In this document: one piece after another, positions 21,401 through 34,386 of the stretch
Position numbering within the stretch: the first letter of the stretch is position 1
How the letters are laid out: the number at the start of each line of letters is the position of its first letter
Assembly: GCA_964019335.1 (NCBI GenBank)
Contig: OZ025721.1
Span: forward strand, 1 to 64,000
Reading direction: 5' to 3'
From: Diplonema japonicum
Taxonomy: Eukaryota > Protista > Euglenozoa: Diplonemea
Length of the DNA stretch: 64,000 nucleotides
Notes under the pieces: generated by a model
Seen by the model: only the letters and a program-made list of their open reading frames with translations
Told to the model about the DNA's origin: nothing
Databases searched by the model: none
Translations under genes and position numbers: made by a program

Positions 21401-23318
21401 TGCTTCTGTACTTTGAGTGTGACCTGTGCACCAGGGGACACAACAAGAAGGAGAAGGCGCTTCCCGCGCTTTGGTTCTGTACCCCTTGCAAAATTATGCT
21501 CTGCAAGCAGTGCTGGCACGACGAGCACAAGAACCCCAAGAGGAGGAGACATAAGAAGCAGTTCCTGTACCCCGACGGTGAGGATGGTGCGTGGGCTGAT
21601 GTCACCACCAACGCGCAGGGCGTCGAGGTCTGCGTCGACAAGTTCAGGGCAAAGGACACCGTGACGTGGCTTAAGAAGAACACTGATAGGGCCTGCTCTG
21701 TCTGCGCTAAGTCTGAGGGCAGGGCTGCTTTGTACAGCTGCGAAGAGTGCGACCCCAGGAACCCCGAGAAGCTCTGCGAGGACTGCTGGTTCAACGAGCA
21801 CAAGAACAAGAAGAGAAGAGACCATCGTCAGCAGCTTCTTCTTTACATGTGTGACGTGTGCCACGACATCGAGGGCAGGCCCGCCTTCCACCTGTGTGCT
21901 GAGTGCAAGCTGAAGCTTTGCGATGCATGCTGGAAACTTGAGCACAAGAACCCCATTAGAAAGAAGCACAGGAAAGGCGAGCTGTACCCGTCCCTGGCCA
22001 AGGGCGCCTCTAAGGGCAAGTCAAAGGGTCTGCTTGACCAGATTCACAGGTTCCTTGACAAGATGAAGGTCAAGAAGAAGGCCGAGCAGCCTGTGTTCCC
22101 GATGATTGAGGGCCAGGAGGGCATGTTCCCCGACCAGTACGAGACAACCATCATGCCACCCCCCATGCAGCCTGAGCTGGGCATGGACCCCTATGCCATG
22201 GCCGCCGAGCCTGCCTACGACCCTCGCACCTCAGCACCGCAGGAGCAGCTCCTCGCTGCCCAGATGCAGATGGAGCAGTCGCAGCTTGCTGGAGCTCAGG
22301 ATGAATGGGCAGGTGCTCCCGCACCCGCTGCTGCCGACTACCTGGCATCTAACACGTCTGCCCTGGATAAGAGAGGCACCCTTCAGCAGCCTGTGTCTTC
22401 CAGGCACTCGATGCACGAGCCCGGCATGCAGGTGAACCCCATTGGTGCTGACATCGAGAGCCTCAGCGGCGAGAGCAACGTTCAGCCCCATCCGCCTGCC
22501 ACTACCATGTCTAGGGTGAGCATGTCCCACCTGCAGCCCACTGACCCCTTCACGGCCTCTGTTTCCCAGACTCAGCAGCAGACTCAGCAGTGGGGTGCTC
22601 CTGCTGCTCAGTCCCAGTACGAGGAGACCCAGTACCAGCAGCAGTCGCAGCCGCAGCAGATGTACGGGTCCCCACAGCGTAGCTCAATGCCTTCGCCCAA
22701 GGGTGACTCGGGTGTGTACGGGGGCATCCAGTCACACGCGTCGCACATGCAGCATCCTCATCAGCAGCAGCAGCAGCAGCAGGAGAGGACGGCTTCGTCT
22801 GTCGGCCAGGCGGAAGAGGACTTCGACCCCACCAACGTGGAGCACCAACTGGCTAAGATGATCTGGCCCTTGTCCAAGATCGCGCAGCAGCAGTCGACCT
22901 CCGCCGCAGGCTCGCCTTGGCGTAACATGTCACCCTCAGCAGGCCAGCACGGCATGCAGCACGCATCCCCCGGCCGCTCATCGGCCATGTCGTCGCCCAT
23001 GCGCGCACGTGGCAACGTGGACCCTGTCTACAGGCAGAGGCTCCTCAACTTCTACCAACGTTACAACCCCGAGAAGCTCCCGTCTGTAGTGTCCACCCTT
23101 ATTCAATACAAGGGACACGAGGAAGCACTCTTCGATGCGCTGCAGAAGAAGTACGGACCCGAGCCTCCCATGAAGGACGACCCTCTACCTGCGGGGTGGA
23201 GAGTGGTATGCTGCAATACACGAAACACACACACAACACACAGGTTGAGTCCTCGAGGGGTGATATCTTCTACAAGCATGTTGACGGCAGGAAGCAGTGG
23301 GAGCGCCCCGCCATGTGA
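18500..23318 (+). CDS. Myosin heavy chain: motor, PE-rich linker, four B-box-type zinc fingers, Q/S-rich region, YNPEKL helical domain and WW domain (introns 19442-19482, 20575-20611, 20726-20762, 21250-21283, 23206-23243)
   Basis: GESGAGKT, NDNSSRFGK, LLDIFGFE, PHWIRCVKP. Five GTATG..AG introns join the ORF-track pieces in frame. The final exon gives LPAGWRVVESSRGDIFYKHVDGRKQWERPAM*. Confidence 0.92.
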
Positions 23319-24315
23319 GCACTGCCCACAAGAAGGAGCTGAGCATGTAGTGCCTACTCCTGCTTTCTTTACTTGTTTGTACTTCTTGTCCCTTTCTGCG
23401 TCCTTCAGGCGTGGCTTACGTGCATCGTACCTCTTCCTCTTCCTCTCTTCCTACCGCACCCACAGTCCTACTTCTTGCGAGAAGGAACAAGAAAAAGAAA
23501 AGAAGCGGAAAATTACTGTTTTTTTTTTTCCATCCGAAGGTTCGCAGTGTTTTTCTTTTCTTCTTCTTTCTTTTTCTTTTGTTCAAGTAAATTTTACCAT
23601 ATGCCGTCGCTCCGTTCTTTAAAAAAAAAAAAAGAACAAAAAAAAGGAGATTTCTCCTCCTCCATTGCATTAGATTTTTTTTACCCCCCCCCCATTCTCG
23701 TGCTCCTTATGACCCCCCTCCTTTGTTCTCCAAGCAACTGAAGGCACTCATGACTATGCCCTGCTACTCTATAAAGCTGGTGTCTTTTTTGTCCTCCCAC
23801 CCTCCCCCCTACTGTTTCCTCTCTCGTTTGTATTTTCTCACCTTCCCTTTCCCTCCCCTTCCCTGTACACGATTTCCCCAGCAGGCGGTATTGTTTTCTC
23901 ATAGCCTTTAAAAAAAAAGAAAAAAAGACCAGAAAACAAAGCACAATGTTTAAATCTGAAAACAGCTCCCCCCCCCCCGATTTTTTTTAGATTTTTTCTT
24001 CAAGAAAAATAAAATGAAAGAATATGAAAAGAAATAGGAAAAAGAGAAAAAAAGAGTTTGAAAAAAGAAAAGGAAAAAAAAAAATGAAAAAGGGGTGACA
24101 AGAGAGAGTGAACAAAAAAAAAAGAAAAAAAAAAGAACTCTTTACCCTTTTCTTTCCCGCCCCCTTTTTTTTTACTTCTCCCCATTGAAAAAAAAACGAA
24201 ATTTTCTACCCCCTCCCCGCCCCACCTGTCCCACGTTCCATTCCCCATTTTTTTTCTTCCATCCATTCCATTTTTTCACGTCCGTTTTCTCTCACCAGCA
24301 ACCTACCGTAGATAA

Positions 24316-24735
24316 ATGAACCTGACGCCCAGTGAACAAGACACGAGGTATGGGCACGGCACTGCACATCTCATGCCATGCACTATTCATCTGGATGGAA
24401 CAAGTGACGTAGAAGCCTACTTTAGCAAACACATTCAAGAGGACGGAGGGGAGTTGAGCGCTATGCTTCGCGGGAGAGCGTTGAGGGGAATGCCTCTGCA
24501 TCCTGATGCTTCACAGAGTATACACCTTGTGCGGAAAACAGAAAGCGGGTGGCAAGCTGAAGCGCAGTTGGACAGCTTCACGCACTGGTCACGGGACGCT
24601 GAGCCAGCAGTTCAAACACTCGGCACCAGAAAGCTCCTCAACGACTGGCCCCACCTCGTCTCTACCCTGGCTGAGCCGACCACCGAAGCAGAGCTCCAAG
24701 CGGCCCTTCAAGATATTTGCAAGAAAGATCCCTGA
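24316..24735 (+). CDS. RNASEH2C: Ribonuclease H2 subunit C
   Basis: HLMPCTIHLDG...VEAYF, LSAMLRGRALRG, DSFTHW. Confidence 0.85.
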   Translation: MNLTPSEQDTRYGHGTAHLMPCTIHLDGTSDVEAYFSKHIQEDGGELSAMLRGRALRGMPLHPDASQSIHLVRKTESGWQAEAQLDSFTHWSRDAEPAVQTLGTRKLLNDWPHLVSTLAEPTTEAELQAALQDICKKDP

Positions 24736-24837
24736 CAATCCCCCCCCCCCCCCCCCCCCCCTACTGTTGATGCTGTACCTCATTTTGCTTTTTGTTACCA
24801 TCGGGGTGGGTGGTGGGGTAGCACCTTCCACAGCAAC

Positions 24838-25830
24838 ATGGACGTCCCGCTGCTGTATGCAGACCTTCTGCGCAGCATTCACGATGAGCGGGTGATGGAG
24901 ATCAGCTTTGATCCATACAGCGGGACCAAGGAGATCACACAGAATGAGACTGAAGACGGCCTTGTCGTAGGGGTCCCACCAGAGGCAGCAAAGGCAGTCA
25001 TGAAGTATATATGGAAGGAGGGTAGAGATAGGGACGAAGGTTGTGTTGATATAATGTTGATGCTGAATGCGGAACATGGACCCAGCTGGGCAAAGAGGGG
25101 GAAGAGGCTTATGAAGGAGGGAACGGGGGGTGTCTCGAAGGAAGAGAGATTCCTGCGGTTAGTGTTGAAGATGAACCCGAAGTCACACGAGGGGTGGAAG
25201 TACAAGGCGTGGCTATCGAGATTCAACATGGCGGAGGCCACAGCAGAGCACTTCGAGGCGGATGTTGAGCTGTCCTTGCTGTGCTGCGAGAGGCACCCGC
25301 GGAACTACTACGCATGGGTGCACTTGCTGGAATTGTTCAAGAATTCGCGACATGCGACCGACGAACGCAGGCTGGCCATGATGAAACAGATGCGTGACTG
25401 GGTGGCCGCCCGCCCGTCTGACCACTCGGCACTCTCTTTCAACGCCTCGGTGTTCGCTTCATTGACATGCACCGCAGACATCAAGGGGCAGTGTCTTGCA
25501 GATGAAAGGGAAGCCCTTGCCACGCTGATGAATCGCCGCACGGGCCACGAAGCTACCTGGGGGCACCTCCGGTGGGTCACCTCATGCAAGTGGTCAGAAC
25601 CCTATGACGCATCCCCGCAGTCCTCCCTGCAATTCGGCTTAAAGCAACTCATTGCTTCCGTTCCCGACCCCACCGACAGCGTCCTCATCAAGAGCGAAAA
25701 GACCCTAGAGCACACTTGGGCAAGCAGATTTTGCTCGTGGGTGTTCAGAAACTGCCCCCCTCACCTCCTCACTTCCCCACACACCGATCCTAACCTCGTT
25801 CGCAGCATCGAGTCCCACCTTGAGGCATAG
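24838..25830 (+). CDS. Protein prenyltransferase alpha-subunit repeat protein (PTAR1-like)
   Basis: PPTA-type repeats NPKSHEGWKYKAW, HPRNYYAWVH, PSDHSALSF and GHEATWGHLRW. Confidence 0.85.
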   Translation: MDVPLLYADLLRSIHDERVMEISFDPYSGTKEITQNETEDGLVVGVPPEAAKAVMKYIWKEGRDRDEGCVDIMLMLNAEHGPSWAKRGKRLMKEGTGGVSKEERFLRLVLKMNPKSHEGWKYKAWLSRFNMAEATAEHFEADVELSLLCCERHPRNYYAWVHLLELFKNSRHATDERRLAMMKQMRDWVAARPSDHSALSFNASVFASLTCTADIKGQCLADEREALATLMNRRTGHEATWGHLRWVTSCKWSEPYDASPQSSLQFGLKQLIASVPDPTDSVLIKSEKTLEHTWASRFCSWVFRNCPPHLLTSPHTDPNLVRSIESHLEA

Positions 25831-25950
25831 CCTCCATTTCCATACCCTTCTAGCCTTTTAACCTTTTTGTTATCATTTTTTAGCGACACCATGTAAACAT
25901 CTGCAGGTTGGATAGTTAGTAGTTAGTACCCCGCACCTCTACCCCTTAAC

Positions 25951-28900
25951 ATGCCCGAAGGTGATGGAAAGGTTCTAACTGAGGCGAAAGCCTTAGACCC
26001 GCCTCCGGGCCCCCCCAAGGGAAAGGTGAGGCGGGGAGAAAGCCCGCACCCCGCTGAGAGTAGAAGTAGCAACAGCAGTAATGGGGAAGCGGAGAAGGCG
26101 GAAGCAAGCCGGGGATCACTGTTGATGAAGAAGAGGGTGAGCGGAGGCGGGGGTGGAAAGAAGGTACACCCGCCACTGGTCGCATACACTCCGCCAACGG
26201 ACTTGCCGCCTGCTGATGATCTGATGGCGACGTTCAAGGAAAGGCTCTGTAACCAGAAGCAGACGACTTACTCGCCTGCTGATGTCGACAGTCTTGAGTT
26301 GCCGGAGGTGCTGGCGACAATCGCCAAACACGACGTCACCTTTGTGAACACACAGACAGGGAGTGGGAAGTCAACGCTGGTGCCGAAGGCCATCATGGAG
26401 TCCAATGATGAGTTCCGTGTTGTTACCACTCAGCCGCGCAGAACAGCGACCATTCGACTGGCTGAGACTGTCGCAGGCATGTGCAACCAGTCCGTCGGCG
26501 GTGACTCGGAGATCGGGTATTGGATCCGAGGAGACCGCCGTGGCGGGAGGCACACCCGACTGTGGTACATGACTTCGTACACGCTGCTGCTGCACCTCCT
26601 GAACAACAGGATGGCACCACCGTTCACCCATATCATCATCGACGAGTTCCATGAAAGGCAGCCTGAGATCGAGGTTCTGGTGGCACTACTGCGTCTCCTT
26701 CTGCAGAAGCCGAGAGGCAAAGCCGTGCACTTCAAGCTGATCCTCATGTCTGCTACCATCAACGCTGAGGAATGGGAGTCATACTTCGAGGGCCTCTCAT
26801 GGGGCCTGTACTCCAACGACAAGCAGAAGTACACAATCTATGACTACCATCTGGAGGAGGCGTCACTCCTCACGGGTGCAGCCCTGCGGCGCCCTACCAC
26901 CTTCAGCCAGGCACTCGTCAACCCGCAGATGTACGACAACTCTGTCTTCGTCGCGCAGCACTTGATCAAGCTTCTGGTAAAAGAGTCGCAGCTCCCGCAG
27001 TCCATCCTTGTTTTCCTCCCCGGACGGTCTGCTGTGTCGAAGTTAAGACGATGGATCGAAGCGAACCTGCCTGGCCGTCTGTGGCCCATTCCTTGGCACG
27101 GCAGTGTTGAGCTGTCATGGATCAAGCAGCAGATAGCATCCGAGTTCCCTGGGAAGCAGAAGATCTATCTGGCGACTGATGTGGCGGAGGTCTCCATCAC
27201 CCTCCCCGACGTGGTCTTCGTCATCGACACCTGTTTAGTTAAAAGGCCTCACATCGAGAGGTCGGAGCCTTCCACTATGTTGTTCCCACAACTCGTGCAG
27301 CAGTGGTGCAGCAGGGGCAGTGTGCTCCAGCGACAAGGAAGAGTGGGAAGGACGCAGCAAGGGTTCTACTTCTCGCTGCTGCCCATTGAGTATGCAGAGA
27401 TGCTTGAGGAGTACCCCACGCCGCCCATCTGCCACTCAAGACTGGACGATCTCACTCTGCATCTGCTCCACGTGTGCGCTTCGCCGCGTGCTTTATTTAC
27501 ACTATGCAAACGACCCCCCCTTAGCCTGGCTTTGAACACCTCGTTGAGGTCTCTGCAAGAGATTGGTGCTATACATACCACAACCCTGGAGGACGGGACC
27601 CTCACGTGGTCGAATGACATCTTCGAGGCTGCCAAAGAGGCCGACCCCTCGATAGTTACAGACGCTGCAAGGTACACTCCCTCTTTCATTGGGCTCATTC
27701 TTCAGCGGTTGCCTGTGGGCGTGCAGTCGGGGCTGCTCGTCTTCTACGGTCTGGTGCTGGGCCTCGAGACGCTGACGATGATCTGTGCGGCCATTGTGCA
27801 GACGGCGATCCCTTTCGTGACCGTCTCGCCGCAGACAGAGGACATCGACGGCCTGGGTGGGTCATCCTTCGAGGCGACTACGCAGTCCAAGGAGAGGACA
27901 CACCGCTCCCTCGAATTCTTCTGCCGCACTTCAGAGTCGGACCTCATCGCCTGCATCGTCGTCTTCTTGGAGTGGAAGAGGAAAACCTTGGAGGGTGAGG
28001 AGGTGCACCGGTGGAGTGAGGAGATGTGCGTGTCACTGGAGAGGCTTGTTGCCATCGATGAGCTGGTGCTGCACTTGCACAAGGAGATCCGAAATTACTT
28101 CCCGTGCCAGTCGTACGTCAGCCCGGAGGATGGTATCACGGACGCCGTTTCGCTGCAGAAGCAGCTGAAGGTGCACCAGCCTATCCTGCTGTGGTTGGTG
28201 TGCGTCACCTACGGTGGGAACGCCGTGCAGGTGCGGCAGGTGAGGAACGAATCGAGGAAGCAGACCAGAGAGTCCGGCACACCGCTCTTCCTGCACAGGT
28301 CTGAGACCTTTCCCGACATCCACATCCCGTCCGTGGTGACTCCCTGGAGGCTGGGCCACGTTGTCATCCCCGTGAGCATGGCCATCACGGAGGGCCGCAC
28401 CAACGTCTCCATCCTCCAGACCATGTCCTCCTCGCAGTTCCTCCTCCTCCTCATCATGCTCTTCCCCGTCGTCAACTACAGCACGACCCTCCTGGACGAC
28501 TCGCAGGGCACCTACCGCCCCTTCAGCGTCACCATCAACGGCCACACCCGAAGGATCAGATGCCCTGCTGGCGCTGCTGGGATGGTGTTGGACTTCCGGT
28601 ATGAGCTTTTATTGTTCTTTTTTTTTTCCCCTTCTGTTAACACACTGGACAGGAACCAGTTCAACAACTGCGTGTCCGCACTGAGGTACCGCCGCCAGCA
28701 CAGCAACATGGACGATGTGACGTTTGTGAATTATCTTCAGGTGTGGTGTTCAACTAGAAATATAAGTCATGACAGGAGAACACACGCGACTCCATGGGCG
28801 GCTGCTTCTCCTTCCTGCGGGCGAGGGTCGACCTCATGACGCAGCTGTGGAACACGATGCGGGACCCGAGCTGCATGCCCAACGAGATGCTCCTCAACGT

Positions 28901-29361
28901 GCCGTGCGACGAGACGCACACCTTCAGACCCTCGTCGCTGACGGTCTCAGACGTGGCTGCAGAGGAGGTGTGCTGTGCGGATGAGATACAACATAAAACA
29001 CAGGCACCTGCTTACCAGTACCCCGAGTACATGGCAGATTGGATGCACAGTCAAGCAATGTGGCCTGGCGCGCAGGGGTACATGCCACCCCAAAGCGCTT
29101 ACTCCATGGGTCCACTCCTCGGAGTCTTGCACCAAACAGTGCTTCCCCCTGCCATCCCAGCACAGTACCTACAACCACAACAGCCTGTCGGCCCGGCAGT
29201 GTCTCCTCCACCGCCTCCGCCCCCTGAACTCGCAACCGAAGCAGATGACACTTATGCTGCCTTCAGGCAGCGAGGGCCCTTGGTTGAGGTGTGTAATTTT
29301 TTTTTTTTTTTTTTTTTACCCCCAAATCGAATTTCAACAGGAATCCTCTGATGAAGATTAG
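25951..29361 (+). CDS. DEAH/RHA-family RNA helicase (introns 28599-28652, 28741-28775, 28968-29003, 29289-29340)
   Basis: TQTGSGKST, TQPRR, IIDEFHER, MSAT, LVFLPG, ATDVAEVSIT, QRQGRVGR. The first and third introns are in-frame and therefore less certain. Confidence 0.92.
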
Positions 29362-30719
29362 GAGGTGGAAAAAAAATGGGGGGGGGGGCAAGGTTATTTA
29401 TTTTTTATTAATCCAAAGAAGGAAAAAAAAAAGGAAGAAATCACAACAATAATAGAAATAGAGACTATTATTTTTTTGGGAACGAAGGAAAAACCCCCAC
29501 ACTCACTCACACACACGCACTCCAACAAACTTATAGCATTTGATGAAAAACTTTCTTTTTCATCCCCCCCCCTCCCTCTTTTCTTTTTTCCTGCGGTGTT
29601 TTGTTATGTGGTGCAAAAACCCCAAATACTCACCAGTGGGTGGAGGGCATTCTACCTGTTTATGTTCATGCTCTTATTGCCACATTTGTATTGTGAAACG
29701 CTTTGAAAAAAGGGTCTATGTCAGAAAAGGCCAGAAAGGGGAAGAAAAAAGGAAGAGGAGAAGAATATCGTTTAAGTTTTCTTCTGTCCCTCTTTTTTTA
29801 TCCCCCCTTTTTTTTCTTCTTTATTTACTTGCAGTGTCTTCAATTTTTTTTCTCCCCTCCTCCCACTGGTTTACTGCCCCTTTTACTTTAGTGTTTGGCC
29901 TTTATGTGCCTCCTGTTTAAAAAGAGTTTTTTCTCTTCTCTTCCCCCCCCCCCCTTTTTTTTAAAGAAGAATGAAAGCAAAAAAAAGAATAAGGGTAAAG
30001 AGGATGGAAAGAAAAGTAAAAAAAAAAAAAAAGAAAAAGAAAGGGATGAAAAAGAGAGAAATTGGGTGAAGTGTGGCATCAAAGAAACGATTTAAAGAAA
30101 GAAAAGAGGGGAACAAAAAAAAAAAACTGAGAAAAAAAAAAGAAGAGGGAATAACACGAATCCTGCTTTTAAGAAAGGAAAGCGAGAGGGGAGGGGGGGG
30201 GGGAACTCCTATTCATTTCCTGGATATAAGTGGCTGGTTTTTGTAAGCGGCCCTTACTTATTGTAATACGGTCTTTTTGGTTTAAAAGTATACGAATAAG
30301 TTGTTCTTTATGCACCAGTACGCGGAAAAAAAAAAAATTCACAAATGGGTTACAACTGTTAGTGTTTCCTACTTTACTGTTTCTTCTTCTTCTTCTTTAA
30401 ATCTTGGTTAACTAACCTACTGGCCGAGGAGAGCAGGGACGGGTTTCAACAGGGCGCGGGTTTTTTTTTTTTTTTTCTGGAGTCAGAAAAAAAAAGAAAA
30501 AAGAAAAAAAAAAAACAGAAGGGGAAAAAAAATTAAATTCCCCCCCTTCCCCCCCCCCCCATTTTCTTTTCTTCTTCACTCTGCACACCTCTACCTATTT
30601 TTTTTTCACATCTCCTTCTCCCCAACCTTCCTCAAGATGGAAGGGGGTGGCATGTTAGTATTTCAGCACATTCACACACCCTCTCCCCCTCTTTTTGTTA
30701 TTCTCTTCCCACCTTTTAC

Positions 30720-30760
<41 letters not shown>

Positions 30761-30937
30761 AGACCATTTTCTTTCTTCTCCAACAAAAAAAAAGAGGGAA
30801 ATAAAAAAAAAAGAGAGAGAGAGAGAAAGAGTACCTTTACAATTTTTTATCTATTTCTTATTTCTTATTTCTTGTATCTGATCCCTCCATATATCAAATC
30901 ACCACCAGGCACCCACCGCAAGGGAGCGCAGCGTATC

Positions 30938-33900
30938 ATGAGCGGCAGCGGCCTCCTCGGAAGGCTGCGGGGGAGGAGCAAGGCACCAGAGCCGGGGCTG
31001 CCACCGCCGGGTGCGCAGCAGCAAGATGACGAGAATTTAAATTCATCAGGAAAGAAATCCGGCAGCAGCGCAGGCTTGCTGTCAAGGATAAGAGGGAAGA
31101 GCTTCATCGGCGACGGGGAGGGGAAGAAAAGCCGACAAGGGTCGCAGCCCCCCTCGAGACAGAGCTCACAGGGGCCCTCCCGGCAAAACTCTCAAGGACC
31201 GTCAGAAGGCACGACCCCTCCCATCTCACCATCGCCCAGCCCGAAGTCAAAGGCAGCGTCCCCTTCATCAAAGCGAAAGGATAAGGACTACGACTTGCAT
31301 CTCAAAACGGTCACTCTGCAGGAAGACGCTAAACGCGAGCAATTGTGCAGCAAAGCAGCGTGGGAGTACCAGGAGCTCACCACACTCTGCCTCAGCAACG
31401 CCCTTCTCCTCACCAGGAAGGAGACACTAGGTAAGGGCATCTCCAAAGGCGACATGTGGTGCCTGCAGCACCTCGCACAGGCCTGCAAACAGGAAGCCGT
31501 TGAGTTCTCTGACTCCGACGGTGACGCTGTGCGCATGCTGCTGAACGACAAGGGCGGCCTCAACATCTGTGTCAATGGAGTGGTACGCGGCGAGCCAAAG
31601 CAGATGCGGTGGGATGCGAACAAGAAACTCATCAGGTCCAAGCCGTGGCGCATCGGTCTCAGCGACGTTCCCCCCGAAGACCTGCCTGTCCTGCTGGGCC
31701 ACCTTGGCGTCCTCTTCTCGAAGGCAGGCCTCGTCCACAACTTCCCCACAGAACTCCCAGAAGACGACAGTGACCCTGCCGCGGAACTCAAGAAACAGAT
31801 GGCCAAAGAGCGCGAGAATACCGGAAAGATGATGGAAGACCTTGACTCCAAAACAGACGAGCTTGCGAGGGTAGCCGCAGAGCTGTCGACCACAAAGGGG
31901 AACCTCGAGGTCTCGGAAGCGGAGCTTAAGCAAGTGAAGGCAGAGCTTGACGACCACGTGGCGAAGAGTATAGACGAGAAGGGGAACTTGCAGAAGCTTC
32001 TTGGGAAGAAGGCCGAAGACGAGCGGCAGCAAGTAGACAAGGTGGAGACAATTCAGAAGAGGATGAACGCCATGCAGGCAGCTCTAGACCAGGCGGTCAT
32101 CAAGAGGCGCGAGGCGGAGAGTGTGCTTGGGGCACGTGACGAGGCGATCGCAGACCTGAAGAGGGAGGTGGAGGTGGGCCGCACATCCGACAAGAACGAG
32201 ATCGACAACTTAACAAGCGAGCTGAGCATGGCACGCGATGAGAACGCACGCTTCAAGCACGCACTGGCCGACTACGAGTTGAAGAACGCCGAACTGCAGA
32301 ACTCGCTGAATCAGTCAGTCGCACGGAGGCAGCAGGCGGAAGGTGCCCTCCTCCAGAAGGAGGAACAGACAAACCTCCTTTTGTCGCGCATTGGCACCAT
32401 CGAATCCAGCAGCAGCACTGACACGGAGGACTTGGAAAAGGCACGCAGGGCTGCCATAGAGATGGAGGAGAACGCGAAACGGGAATACTTCACGTTGTGG
32501 TTCACGGCAGAGGCGAGGATCGCGGAGCTCAGGCAAAAGTACTATACAAGTGAGAGGAAGAACGTCGAGCAGACGGAGGCTAAGGCACGATTGGTGCTGG
32601 AGGCTGAAGAGCGAGGGAGGAGAGAGTACCAAGGGATTTGGCTTCGAGCCGAGCTGCGGCAGGTTGCAAACAACACAGCCTCCAGCTTGGAGAGGAGCGC
32701 CATGTCATCGCTGCAGGGGAAGCTGCTGGCCACGCAGGGGCTGTTGAGGAGGTCACGCAATGCGTACAAGTGCGCCATAGACGGAGGACACCTGTCGCAG
32801 ATCTCGAACTGGGCCACCGCGGCACGCACCTACCGCATGCTGCAGCTGTACGCCCTGTGGAGGAAATACGACAGGCAGCGCGACCGTGCAGCTGATATAG
32901 CGCTTTCCCTCACAAAGCGCAATGCCATGACAGGTGCCTACCACCAGTGGCGGTTCTGGGTGGCCGACCACGCAAATGACAGGATGCTCGCCATCAGGGT
33001 ATGCGGCACGTTGGCAACAACAACAACAACAACAACAACAGGCCTACATGCAGCAGCATCCTATCTTCTACATGGACGAAGCAATTGCGAGGGGCAAGCT
33101 TCACATGAGCGAAGAGTATGAGAGACGGTTGCTAGTATGTCACATTACAATAAAAAAAAAATAAAAAAAAATAAAAAACAGCTTGCAAGCAGTCATCTGC
33201 ACCTGACAGAGCATGCCGTGCGATGCAGGGTGGCAGAGGAATGGAGCAACGGTGTGAGGGAACTCGCCGTGTGGCTGTCTCGGGGCCCGTTGTCGGCGAC
33301 GCAGAACACTGTTGGGAAGCAACTGGACATGATGACGCATCTGGTGAAGCTGGAGGAGGGGAAGGTCGGCGAGATGCAACGCGTGAACGTGGCTTTGGCG
33401 CGGCAGCGGGACCAGCTCGCCGAGCGGTGCAACGTGATGATGGGGGACTCCTTCAAGATAGAAATCCTGAGGCTGTTCTACGGGCACCTAGATGGGAAGC
33501 GACAGATAGAGGTGGAATGGCTGAAGGGGATTGTGGACATGTTGTGGAGCCGCCTGGTACCCTCCCGCCCTATCTGCGATGGGTGGATGCTGGTGTCGCT
33601 CGCAGACTGGCAGGGCGGCGGCACGTGGAACCAGAAGTACGTGTGGCTTGACAAAGATAAGGGCCAGCTGCTGTACTCTTCACGAGACCCGAGGCAGTCG
33701 GGAGGCGTCTCCGTGCATGGGATCCGTCTTGCTAGCATGGTCTCGGTAGAAGTGGAGCTCTTTGCTGATGGCCTGCCCCCGCCAGTGTCCAGATACCAGC
33801 AGCTTGGGTTCTACATAGAACTGTCAAATGGGAAGAAGCATAGGTTCTGTGCTGCCACCGTTGGGGAGCGCACTGAGTGGCTGGATAACCTGCGGAGAGC

Positions 33901-34201
33901 GGTGCTTGGGGCATGGAGGGCGTCTGACACCCCACACACTTATGTGCCTACTATTTCTCAGCTCTCTGAGCTCAAGCAGCCCCCCTCCATTCCCGCCACC
34001 CCGCTCACCTTGCCAACATCGGGCACTTACCGAAAAGCCAAAAACATCACAGGCTCGCCCCGTCACTACCCACAACCTTCCCCGTCCCCAAGACACCCCC
34101 AGCCCTCCCCATCCCCAAGACACTTGCCTGCATCCCCCCGTGAGAGGAAGCCCTCCTCTGGGATGCCTTTGGAACACATGTCGTATATCGGGTTGCCGTA
34201 G
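30938..34201 (+). CDS. Coiled-coil protein with a C-terminal PH domain (introns 32999-33041, 33135-33181)
   Basis: Long heptad region and a PH signature CDGWML...WNQKYVWL...LLYS...HRFCAATVGERTEWLDNL. The introns link three frames. Confidence 0.85.
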
Positions 34202-34386
34202 TTTTGTTTTCCTTTTCTTCTTCTTTTCTTCTTTTTATTTATTCTTGTACAAAAAGAATTCTGTTCGATTGTTCTCTTTTTTTTTTTTTTTCCCATTCTT
34301 CTTTTTCTCGTTGTCTTGTATGCCCTTCTTTTTTTTTTAGTTTTATAGTCTGCTTTTCTTTCACATCTTCTCTCTAGGCATGCGAC

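Noticed and set aside
29365-30900. Short poly-K/poly-F ORFs in spacers (also 23.4-24.3, 37.7-38.6 and 43.8-45.5 kb)
   Set aside because: Produced by homopolymer runs and non-ATG starts; no coding signal.
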